A stretch of 62,200 nucleotides of DNA, filler included. It is 9 parts of 9 records of this genome, joined end to end, with 100 filler letters (N's around TTAATTAATTAA, not from the genome) between each part and the next. Parts side by side here need not be neighbours in the genome. Positions count along the whole stretch, not along the records: positions 22,891 to 35,056 come from SRR7504441_3105; positions 35,157 to 40,214 come from SRR7504441_3106; positions 40,315 to 44,100 come from SRR7504441_3108; positions 44,201 to 51,297 come from SRR7504441_3109; 5 more parts are not named here. One strand, given 5' to 3'. Below, in pieces: positions 34,801 through 44,514 of this stretch (positions within the stretch are counted from its first letter, which is position 1; each line of letters opens with the position of its first letter). The notes beneath the pieces are model-generated. The model was given only the letters and a program-made list of their open reading frames with translations. It did not search any database and had not been told where the DNA came from. Position numbers and translations under genes: made by a program.

Positions 34801-35056
34801 GTAGCCGTGCACTCTGCTGTCCTTTGCATCACCTCAGCCAGAAGTTGCTCACTCGAGGCATGCAAATCATCAATAAGGCCAATGCTTGGCATGGCGTTCA
34901 ATCTAGAGGATGACAAGTAGTTGTTTGCTGCTGCAAGGGTTGACCACAGTAACTCCAAGCTATGCACCCGTGCTCCCAGAACACATGCCATTTTACAAAT
35001 GGATGGGAGAGATAGATCTGCAGCAACTTGAAGAGGCAGCTGGGAGGCTACAGGAG
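22891..35056 (-). CDS. Modular AT-less type I polyketide synthase (about 4000 aa seen, open at both ends): KS*-ACP-KS-TE-like-FMO-ACP-KS*-ACP-KS-DH-psiKR-MT-KR-ACP-KS
   Basis: Three ORFs joined by GT-AG introns 34103-34157 and 25025-25064, plus in-frame intron 31174-31224; DTACSS/HGTGT/GH KS motifs; ACP GLTS, GLDS, GVTS, GVDS; MT LEIGGGTGG; KR ITGGLGGVG; FMO GAGVAG and GMGAFA. Confidence 0.93.
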
Positions 35057-35156
35057 NNNNNNNNNNNNNNNNNNNNNNNNNNNNNNNNNNNNNNNNNNNN
35101 TTAATTAATTAANNNNNNNNNNNNNNNNNNNNNNNNNNNNNNNNNNNNNNNNNNNN
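35057..35156. other. Artificial contig linker
   Basis: N44-TTAATTAATTAA-N44. Confidence 0.98.
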
Positions 35157-38100
35157 GCGCAGCAGGCCCGGGTGGACGGCGCGCTCAAGAGCTTGAAGGA
35201 GCTCGAGGCGAAGCTGGTTGCAGTGCAGCAAACGGTGCGGCGAGCGGCTTGCACCGGGCTGACGGGGCGGGACAGGCGGACGAAGGGGCCAGCCAGGCGG
35301 AGACCGACGCGGGCGAGGCATCCCGGACGGTGGCGGAGGCCAAGTCGCTCGAGCAGGAGGCCGAGAACAAGGCCAGTGACACCACCCGGCTGCTGGCTGC
35401 CAGGAACAAGCTGATGGCAGCTCTCGCCAGAGCCGAGGCCCGAGCAGCTGAGGCCAAGGCCACAGCCGACAAGGCCAAGAAGCTTGCAGGGAGCGCCCAA
35501 GCCGAAGTGGCTGCAGCGCATACCGAGGTTCAGAAGAACAAGAGTCAGCTCGCGGATCTGAAAGCCGCGGTCGACAAGAAGCGAATCGAGGCCGAAGATT
35601 CTCAGAACAGGGCCCGCAAGGCCCAGATGGATGCGAGCGAGCTGAACACCGCGGTGGAGCAGGAGAAGCGGGCGCTTGCCGAGGTCGAAACTGAAGCCGC
35701 GGTGAGTGCACGAGAAGTGCGTGCCGACCAAGAGGCCCAGCTGGCTGCAGAGACGCAGGCCGCTAGGATCAAGAAGCAGCTTGAACGCAAAGAGGGCCGC
35801 GCCCAGGCGGCTGCGGAGAAGATGGAGAAGAAGGCCGCCGAGGCGACAGCCGAAGCCGCCAAAGCCGACCAGGAAGCGGCAAAGTTTGAGCAAAAAGAGA
35901 AGGAGGAGGTCGACGCGGCTGACCTGAGCAAAAGGAAGGCTGTGGCTCAACTGGAGGGGTCCGCAGAGGGGCAAGAGGCCAAGCTTGCTAAAGCCGAAAA
36001 GGACAAGGATCAGGTGGTGGAAGCCACTCAAGCCAGTGTGACAGCCGCCGAGGCCGAAGTGAACAAAGCGAAGCTTGCAGCCGCGGCAGAGAAGAACAAG
36101 GTAGCGGCGGCGCTCGCCGAGAAGGAGGCCGACTGCGCTAAAGAGCAGGTTGCTGTCGAGCAGCTGGACGAGCAGCAGAGCTCAGTATCCCACGACAAAG
36201 TGCAAGAGCTCTCCGACGAGAAATCCGCTGAAGCCGCTGAAGCTGAGGCAAGGACCGCAGCCGTGGCCGCCAAGGCGAGCAAGGCGTCAGTGGATACCGA
36301 GAAGGCGGTGGTGGCGCAGGCAGAGCAGGCCAAGGAAAAGCAACTGCAGGCCGCAGCCGCGCAGAAGGCCGCAGCCGAGCAGGCCAGCGCAGCAGCCAAC
36401 AAGGCATCGGCGCAGGCTGCCGTTGCGGCTCAGGCGGCTCAGTTGCAAGAGGAGCTGGCCAAGTCGCGTACCGCAGCTCTGGAGGGCCCCAACAGTGCGT
36501 TCAAAGCAGCAGAGGCCAAGGCGGCGAGGCGGACTGCAGCTGAAGAGCAGTACAAGGCTGGGGCACTCGAGGCTGCCAAGCTTGTCAAGCAGCGCGAGGC
36601 GTCTTCTCAGAAGGCCAAAGATGATCTGGCCGCTGTGGCCACACAGTCAATCGAAGTGGCGAGCGCGCTCTCCGAGGCCGCGGCTAAAAAGGAGAATCTG
36701 AAGAGCCAGCTGAGCCAGGCTGAGGGCAAGCTCACTGCACTGAAGGCCCAGGAGAAGATCGCCCAGGAGAAGGCCAAGGAGGCCGCCAGCGAGGCTAAGC
36801 AGGCTAGCAAGCTGCCCACGAAGACAGCTCAGGCACTGGACACAGAGAAGGAACAGCGGGACAGACTGCAGGCCAAAACTCGCGCACAGGAGGCTGATCT
36901 AGCTACCAAAAAGAGAAAGCTTGTGGTAGCAGAGCAGGAGCAGAAACAATTGAAGGACGAGCAGCGTCGTGTGGAAGCTAAGCTCGTGGACGTTGCCAAG
37001 AAGGCCAACAGCGAGAACGAGCTGCTTATGAAGGCCCAACTGGAGGCTAGGCAGGCGGCCAGCGAGAGCCAGATACTCTCAGCAAAGGTGGAGGCCGAGG
37101 AGATCAAGCGGTCAGGGCTTGCAGATCGAAAGGAGATCAAGTATCGCAGTTACAAGCAGGCGCAGGTGTTACTGGCAGAGGCAAATCAAGAAGCGAAGCA
37201 TGCGCGGCAGAAGGAAGCGGAAGTCGGTGAGAAGGTTGCCGCAGCCAAAGCCACCCTGGAGCAGCTTGAGAAAATGCTGCAAGAGAAAACAGGCAAGCAA
37301 GCAAAGGATATCAAGACGCTGGACGAGGCAGAGGAGCATTTGCAAGGTCTCGAGAGTATCCGGGACAAGGCTGTTGCAGCACAGCAGCAGGCAGAGGCTG
37401 CTCTCAAGTTGAGCCAAGAACAGGCCAGCTCGCTGAAGCAGCAGGCAGAGAGGCTGGAGGCTGCAATGGCTGAGCAGCGTAAGAAGCTGCTAGAGGCAAG
37501 CAAGCAGGAATCGCTTTCTGAGGATGAGGCCAAGCGGCTGAAGCAGGGACTTGAGCAGCTCAAGCAGCAGGTGGCTCAGACCCGCGAGCAGGAGCAGCTT
37601 GCGCTCACTCAGAAGGCCAAGCTGCAGGCACAGAAGGAAGCAGATATCGACAGAGTCAAGGAGCTCCAGCAGCAGATGGCCCGCACCAAGCAGCAAGCTG
37701 AGCTTGCCAAGCATAAGGCGGCCGAGGCAGAGCGCCAGATGAAGGCCAAGATGGAAGCTGACAAGCAGGCAGTCGACAAAGCCAAGGTAGCTCTTCGGAA
37801 GCAGGCAAAAGAGGGTGCGGACTTGGAGAAGCAGTTGGCTGGGCTCAAGGGCGCCGTAGCTGAGCAGCGAGGCAAGCTGAATAAGCTCAAGGCAGAGGAG
37901 AAGCAGGCGCAGGACGAGGCGTCGCTTCGTCAGACTCAGGCCAACCAGGCGGCTAAAATGGAATCCAAGCTGACTCAGCAGATGCCAGGCGCAGCGGCTA
38001 GTGCGGTGAAGGCAGACGCGGAAGCCGATTTGGTGTCTGTCAACCAGCAGCTGCAGCAGCTAGAGTCACAAGCGAAAGAAGCCTACCAGAACACTGTGGA

Positions 38101-40214
38101 CCAAGAAACATTCAAGACGGGCAGCGCATTGACTCAGAACAAGCTTAAGGCTGAGACCCACCAGCGGTCATTGAAATACCTGAAGCAGGACCTGGAAGCA
38201 GCAGACAAGCAGCTTGCCGAAGCACGCCAAGCGATGCAAGAAATCCGTGGGGAGCGCAACAATGCAAATGCTATGCACAAGGAGGAGCGAGCCAAGGAAA
38301 AGAAACAGGCAGAGGAGGCGGCAAAGGAGGCCGGTAAGACAGAGGAAGCGATCAGACTCATAGCAAGTGAGTACGCTGAGGAGGAGAAGAAGCGGAAACG
38401 CCGGATGGATGTAATCAATGGCAAGTTGACAGCTCAGCGGGAGGCGAAGGCCGAGGCTGAAATGGCCAGGCAGAAGGCCAACGAAAAGATCAAGCTTGAG
38501 ACGCGTGCGTTGGACGCACTGAAGGCTCAGAATCAACAGCTCCTTCATGACTCCAAGGTGGCCAAAGCCAACGCCAAAAAGAGCATGGCGACAGCTATCG
38601 AGGAGGCCAAGGTAACCGCTGCCGACAAGACAGCAGAGATCACTGGAAAGGAACCTCCCAAGGAGGAGCAGGCCTCTCCGGACCAGAAGAAGGCACTGGC
38701 AGATGCCCGTCTGAAGACGGAAAAGCTAGCCAAGGAGGCAGCAGCTGCCACCGAGGAGTGCAATCAAATGAGTGCAAAGGTCAAGGAGGCGCAAGGGGAG
38801 CTGAACAAGCTCGAGACGAAGCTGAAGGCGATAGAGGGAGTGATGGGTGAGCTCCAGGGTAAGGCAACCGCGCTGACCAATGATGTTCTGGAGCGACAGC
38901 AGAAGCAAGTGTCTGATTCAGTTGCGGCTGGTGAGGAAGTTGCCATGAAGCAGCAATCACAAGAGTTAGAACTTGAGAGCAAGTCTGTCCAAAAGAAAGA
39001 GAAGGACGCCGAAGCGAAGGAAAGAAAGATGGTAAAAGAGGCCAGTAAAGCAAAGGTGAAAGCAGCAGAGGCTGCTGACCAGCTGACCAAAGTGGAAAAA
39101 GAAGCCAGCGAAATGCTGAAAAAGGAAGGCCAGGCAGAAGGAAAGGCCATGCAGATGAAGCTATCACGGGAGGATGAGAAATCGCGACAGGAACTGATCG
39201 AGAAACAGCTGAAGGATGTCATGAAGCAACTCAAGAAGGCTGAAGACAAGGAAGCACAGGACAAGAGCAATGATGATAGCTCAAAAATGGAAGTCAGCAA
39301 GGAGGAAGGCCAGGAAAATGTGGACAAAGCACGGACTAAGAAGCTTGAAAAGGATGCAGCGAAGGCGCAGCAGGACACTGAGTCCGCTCAAAAGCAGGTT
39401 GAAAAGGCGAGCATGGCCCTAGCAGAAGCCAAACGCGACGAACCTGTCACTGACGCATTGGTAAAAACCGCTGCCAATAAAGTCATCGAGGCACAGAGCG
39501 TCGTTTCTCAGACTGCGACGTCCTATGAGGCCGCAAAGAAGGCATCCTCGTCGGCTGATCAAATCCTTAAAGGAGAGCAGGACCAGCTTACAGAGGCCAA
39601 GGCAAAGGTAGATGATGCTGAACGGGAAGCAGCGAATGTCGAGAACGCCAGCAAAGAAATGTTCAAGGCCCGCGACAAGGCCCAGAGTGAGCTCACAAAG
39701 GCTGAAAAGGACAGCGACAAGCACGATGAGGCAGTGAAAAAGGCTCAGGCCGACGATTCCAACGAGGCTCAACAGATTTCAAACGAGAATTCGCAGATTC
39801 GTATACTCAAGAAGCAGATCTCTGGTCAACGGGAACAGCGCACACTTGCAACCAAACAGGCCGATAGGATGCAAGCCGAGGCTAGAAATGACATGAAACA
39901 GGCAAACTCACTCGATATTGACGTCAAGCAGAACGTGGCAAATGTTGCCGGGTTCAAGAAGCAAGTTGCTGCCGCGGATGCAGCTGAGAAGGAGGCACAG
40001 CTCCAGAAGAAGGTGCAGGCAGCTGCGCTGAAGAAGGCGCAGCGCAAGCAGAGCAGCCAAACTTCTGCGCTGACAGATGCCAAAAATAAGGAAGACATTG
40101 CAACAGATCAGGAGCAACGGGCTGCCTCTGAGCTGAGCGTTGCCAAACAGGCTGTGCAAAACGCAAAAGCAAGCGTCAGCGAGACTGAAGCAGCAGCCGC
40201 TGCTGCAAAGAAAG
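35157..40214 (+). CDS. Very long A/K/E/Q-rich coiled-coil protein, truncated at both ends
   Basis: More than 1600 codons open; intron 35235-35275; almost no Pro or aromatic residues. Confidence 0.85.
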
Positions 40215-40314
40215 NNNNNNNNNNNNNNNNNNNNNNNNNNNNNNNNNNNNNNNNNNNNTTAATTAATTAANNNNNNNNNNNNNNNNNNNNNNNNNNNNNN
40301 NNNNNNNNNNNNNN
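40215..40314. other. Artificial contig linker
   Basis: N44-TTAATTAATTAA-N44. Confidence 0.98.
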
Positions 40315-41484
40315 AGCAATAGCAAGGCCTAAGCAAGGCCCGAGTTTAAAAAACTCGGCGAGAAACTGCGCATACTTCTGTACGTGCACGTTAAGTGGTG
40401 GCAGGACAAAGTACGAGGCTACGTGCTGTGACCCGTCTGAATACCCGACAGTGACTCTGGCGCGGCCATGAATCGCTCCACGGACCGCCACGGCATAAAA
40501 TCCCCGCTGGCCAGCAGGGACTGGACTCCCAAGGATGAGGTTTCCGGATGGGAACACGCTCGTATTTTGGATGTGCTGCCCTCTAGGAGGCAGTAAATGC
40601 AGAAATGCCTGCATGTCCGTCGCTATGGCGTAGCTTGGTACTGCTCGCATCACAGCAAACCCAGCGGAGATCAGAGTGTCCTCTTTGGCTCTCACAGACG
40701 ACGAAGCGAGTAACCTGTAGCTGAACACCATCTGCTTTCCAGGGGCGAGCACAGCTGAACTTGGCTCCACCCACTGGCTTCCGGTGGCGTTGGCCCATTC
40801 ATTCTCCGAGTAAGCCTTTGTGAGAGAGCTAATCTCATAAAAGCTGCCACCGGCGGCCTCCGTGAGGGGCCGCCACGCTTGGAACTCGGTGCCGGCTTCG
40901 GGGACAACCAGAAGCACCGGGCCTAGCCCAGTCACCCTCGTGACCGACACAAACCCGTGATGCGACCCGATCGAGGCGTCGACGAACGAGCAACTGCCTG
41001 CCAGCCCGTCCAGCGTGTTGGCGGCGCCCTCGTGCACCGACATGTCTGCAAACACCATTGAGGCTCCGAACCCGCCCAGCTCGACCGGGCCGGACCCGTT
41101 GTTCCCGAGCACAAACCACATCCGGATCCCTTCGCCCCCCTCTGCCGCCGCGAAGTGCCTCTCGAGCGTCAGCGACAATCCGGCCTCCTGGAAACACAGA
41201 GACGCCGACGCGAACTCCCCACGGGCCGGCGGGTCAGCAGGGACCACCGACTGGGCTGTGGCCGAGGACAGCGTGCTGTACGGGCCAGCGCCCACCCGGC
41301 GGGCACGCAGGGTCACGTCGCCCAGTCGGTGGGACACGTGGGACGATCGGTTGGGCGCGAGCTCAAACCTGTTGAGCTGGAGGGAGCCGATGGTCTGGCG
41401 GTCGGCGGTCAGCTGCACGCTTATCCCGCCGGCCTCGAAAGACACGGCCCGAGCTGCGGCCACAATCGCAAGCAGACTCGCCAT
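40315..41484 (-). CDS. Secreted DUF5695-like putative glycoside hydrolase, 3'-truncated
   Basis: Signal-like MASLLAIVAAARA; HRLGDVTLR, GFVSVTRVTGLGPVLLVVP, KAYSENEW, GRARVTVGYSDG motifs. Confidence 0.7.
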
Positions 41485-41555
41485 GCTCGGTCCCAGTGCG
41501 GCCTGCATTCTATGCCGTTATAAATCCGTTGATGTAATAACGACCAGGCTCGATC

Positions 41556-42470
41556 ATGGAGGTTGTACGGTCGTGCGCCCTGTCTGGGCTGGCCTCGTGC
41601 GCTGCAGAGGCGCTGACGCTGCCGATCGACGTGCTTAAGACCCGGCAGCAGTGCGCCGGCCCCGAAACCGGGCTGCTCGCCGCCGGCCGGCAGCTGGTGA
41701 CCGAACACGGCCTGGCGGGCCTGTTTCGAGGACTGGGCCCTGCGCTGGCCCGGCAGGCCACCTACGGCGCCATGCGATACGGGCTGTACGGTCCTTATCT
41801 CCGCCTGTGCGGTGGCCAGCCGACGCTGCTGATCCGGGTGGTAGCCTCGGTGGGCTCTGGAGCCACGGCGTCGCTACTCACCTCGCCGCTCGATCGGGCC
41901 AAAATCCTGATGCAGACCGGCACCTCGTCTCTCGGACTGGTGGGCACGCTGCGCGGTATCTTTTACAGGACTGGACTGCTCGGTTTGTGGAGCGGCGCGT
42001 CTTCCAGCTGCGCCCGAGCCGCATTCCTCACGGCAGGCGAATTGGTGACCCGAGGGGAGGCGAAGCGGGTCCTTCAAGGGTGGCTTGCGCCTGACGGACT
42101 GTGGCTGGTATTCTGCGCGGCCATGTGCTCAGGGCTCGTTGGTGTGGCGCTGAGTAATCCATTCGATGTGATGAAGAGCCGGATGATGGCAATGAAGCCC
42201 GGGCAGGGTGTTGGCATGTTGGACTGCTTCCGGACTTGTATCGCTGAGGAGGGTCTGCTGTCCTTGACGACAGGGTTTTGGGCCAACTATATGCGCAAGG
42301 CACCACATGTGGTGATAACATTTGTCTGCATTGACAAACTCCAATCCTCGGTTGACCAATACGGGGATGCCATTTGGATCATCCTCGTTCTAGCAATCGG
42401 CTTCTTGTTCTTTGTGGCTGATATCTCATCGAGGGCAGCCAGACCGGGAAGCAAACCAAGGAGAGGATAA
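41556..42470 (+). CDS. Mitochondrial carrier (SLC25; UCP/dicarboxylate-like)
   Basis: Three signatures PIDVLKTR, PLDRAKIL, PFDVMKSR; RQATYG motif. Confidence 0.92.
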   Translation: MEVVRSCALSGLASCAAEALTLPIDVLKTRQQCAGPETGLLAAGRQLVTEHGLAGLFRGLGPALARQATYGAMRYGLYGPYLRLCGGQPTLLIRVVASVGSGATASLLTSPLDRAKILMQTGTSSLGLVGTLRGIFYRTGLLGLWSGASSSCARAAFLTAGELVTRGEAKRVLQGWLAPDGLWLVFCAAMCSGLVGVALSNPFDVMKSRMMAMKPGQGVGMLDCFRTCIAEEGLLSLTTGFWANYMRKAPHVVITFVCIDKLQSSVDQYGDAIWIILVLAIGFLFFVADISSRAARPGSKPRRG

Positions 42471-42867
42471 AGAGGGTCGAGTACCGGCATTTAAAATCAT
42501 GCATGGAATACCGGTAATCATTCATGATGCATTTTATTGGCGCGGGAAGAACTACAGTACATGTACCCGGGATACCATTTAAATTGCGTGTGAAATGTGT
42601 GAAATGCGTAAAATGCATTTTTGACAAATCAATTAATGTGAGAAATGCACTTTATGTCATTGTTCAAAGTGTCTCAAAAGTGCGTGAGAAGTGAGAATCA
42701 TGCATCAAACCAACGGAGTTTAACGGACCCGCTCTGAGAGATGGCGAGCAGATCCTACGGGCACGGATGACGGATCTGACTCCTCAACAACATAATTATA
42801 GCTATTGAGGATTCATTGAGGATACGTACTTCGCGTGATTTTAAAAGTGTATATATAGTATAGTATA

Positions 42868-43273
42868 CTATCGTCTATGCTTGGTACCACCGCCCTTGGA
42901 TCCGGCAAGTTGCGCCAGATAGTCAACCATCAGCATGGTGCGCATGTCTGAATTCAGCGTGTCGACGTCGGCGTCGTACTCTAGCATGATCGACATCAGC
43001 TCCAATAACCCCTCGCCGCCCACGTCTAGCTGTGATTTGGCCCCCCGGAACGCGTAAAGGATCGCCGGCTCGTGGTGCCGGTCCCCGCGGCACACATCGG
43101 CCTGCATCTCACATAACTGTCTTACAACGTCCAGGTGTCCCGCCTGCGCCGCCAGCATCACTGCCGTCACCCCCTGGCCGGCTTCAGTGCAGTCCAAAGA
43201 CACCCGTGCGGCGAGCATGCTCCTCACCACCACCATATCCCCCGCAGCCGCCGCCTTCCGGAAGCGCTCCTCA
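42868..43273 (-). CDS. 3' exon of an ankyrin-repeat gene; its 5' exons appear on the opposite strand at 43585-43817
   Basis: AAAAGDMVVVRSML, GVTAVMLAAQAGHLDVVRQL, ADVDTLN; acceptor GGGCAG ending at 43274. Confidence 0.75.
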
Positions 43274-43295
43274 CTGCCCCACCAGTCACGCGCGC

Positions 43296-43532
43296 CCGGT
43301 CGTTGTCGCTCCAGGCCGAGCGGTTGCACTGGCTGAGGCCGTTCTGCCGGGGGTCCCACTGAATGTTCCCATACACCAGGTGTGTGACCACAGAGAAATC
43401 TATAGCAGACGGAGGGTAGTCGGCGTGCACTCCAGAGTACCAGCCCACCACGCGAGGCCGACCGGGCACCGGCCACTCCTGGCCCGCCGCACCGAGCACC
43501 CCTAACAGCACAGCAACTCCCGTGCAACGCAT
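43296..43532 (-). CDS. First exon of a secreted GH18 (chitinase-like) gene
   Basis: Signal peptide MRCTGVAVLLGVLGAAG, then PRVVGWY...PPSAIDFSVVTHLVYG. Confidence 0.7.
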
Positions 43533-43584
43533 CTCTGATTTCACCGCCCACTCGTCGGCTTTTTTTATGTTCGAGGCAGCACAC

Positions 43585-43817
43585 ATGGCGGACAGCCGGT
43601 TGCCGCCCCTCAAGGGCCGTGGGGCCAAGTTTGACCCGGTCGAATTTGAGGGCGGCCGCGCCGTCTCGCGGCTGCTGGACGGCTCACTGGCCGCCCAGCG
43701 CAGCCGGCACATCATCACGCAGGTGCCGGCTGCACTGGCAGGGACCCACCGCGTGGCGCAGGACGCCGCCGCCACGCTGGCCGGCTCCAGGCAGCGGCTG
43801 GAGGACCAAATGGACCG
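43585..43817 (+). CDS. Probable 5' exons of the ankyrin gene (MADSRLPP...EDQMD)
   Basis: ATG 43585, one in-frame 39-nt intron, phase-2 donor GTGCTG at 43818 matching the phase-2 acceptor at 43274. Confidence 0.6.
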
Positions 43818-43877
43818 GTGCTGCGGCTAAGGTTAGGTGGGTGCTCAGGCGGGGGGGGGGGCATAGCCCGGGGCTAG

Positions 43878-44100
43878 GTGCACCGGCTGGTGCGCCAGCA
43901 TGGGGCGAAGCTGCAGATCATCGCGCCTGCCTGGCTGCCGACAGCAGTGGCCAACGCCACGGTTAAGCGGAACCTGATGGCTACCCTGCCCGGGACTCTC
44001 AAGGCGGCCGGCAGCCCGGCTGGGAGCGGCCCAGGCACTAATGCGGCTTGGAGGGACTTTTGTTCAACCTGTCCAGACATTGCACTGGACAGCAACAACT
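43878..44100 (+). CDS. Probable continuation of the GH18 gene, truncated by the contig end
   Basis: Acceptor CTAG ending at 43877, then VHRLVRQHGAKLQII..VANATVKRNLMATL, matching the next GH18 helix and strand. Confidence 0.6.
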
Positions 44101-44200
44101 NNNNNNNNNNNNNNNNNNNNNNNNNNNNNNNNNNNNNNNNNNNNTTAATTAATTAANNNNNNNNNNNNNNNNNNNNNNNNNNNNNNNNNNNNNNNNNNNN
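44101..44200. other. Artificial contig linker
   Basis: N44-TTAATTAATTAA-N44. Confidence 0.98.
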
Positions 44201-44514
44201 ATGCCCGCGAAGAGGCGGACACAGCGGCGCACTCTCCAGCCTGTACGGCCGCCTGATCTGGGTCTGGATACAGGTTCATCCGCGCCTCTGGGCCACCAAC
44301 TCTCGGATCGGATCAGCTCCTCGGGGCAATCGGCCCACCAGGAGACGAGTTCCCTGGCCCCGCCGGTCAAGCCCTGACCCGCCCACACCCTAGGCCTGGG
44401 TCGGAGGGCAGCGCGGTGCACTTTGCCACTCGGCAAAATCCGGTCATTCCGGACATTGTTTCCAAGTGGCTGCTGGTTCTGCGCCTGCACCACGAGCCCA
44501 TCAACACAACAAAC

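Noticed and set aside
35105-40172. Many antisense ORFs over the coiled-coil gene (likewise 44149-45600, 58136-59380, 1571-2365)
   Set aside because: Shadow ORFs expected from high GC and biased codon usage; no recognisable motifs
42770-42816. Possible SECIS element (ATGA plus stem) on the minus strand
   Set aside because: No matching GA on the 3' side for the quartet and no in-frame TGA in the upstream gene
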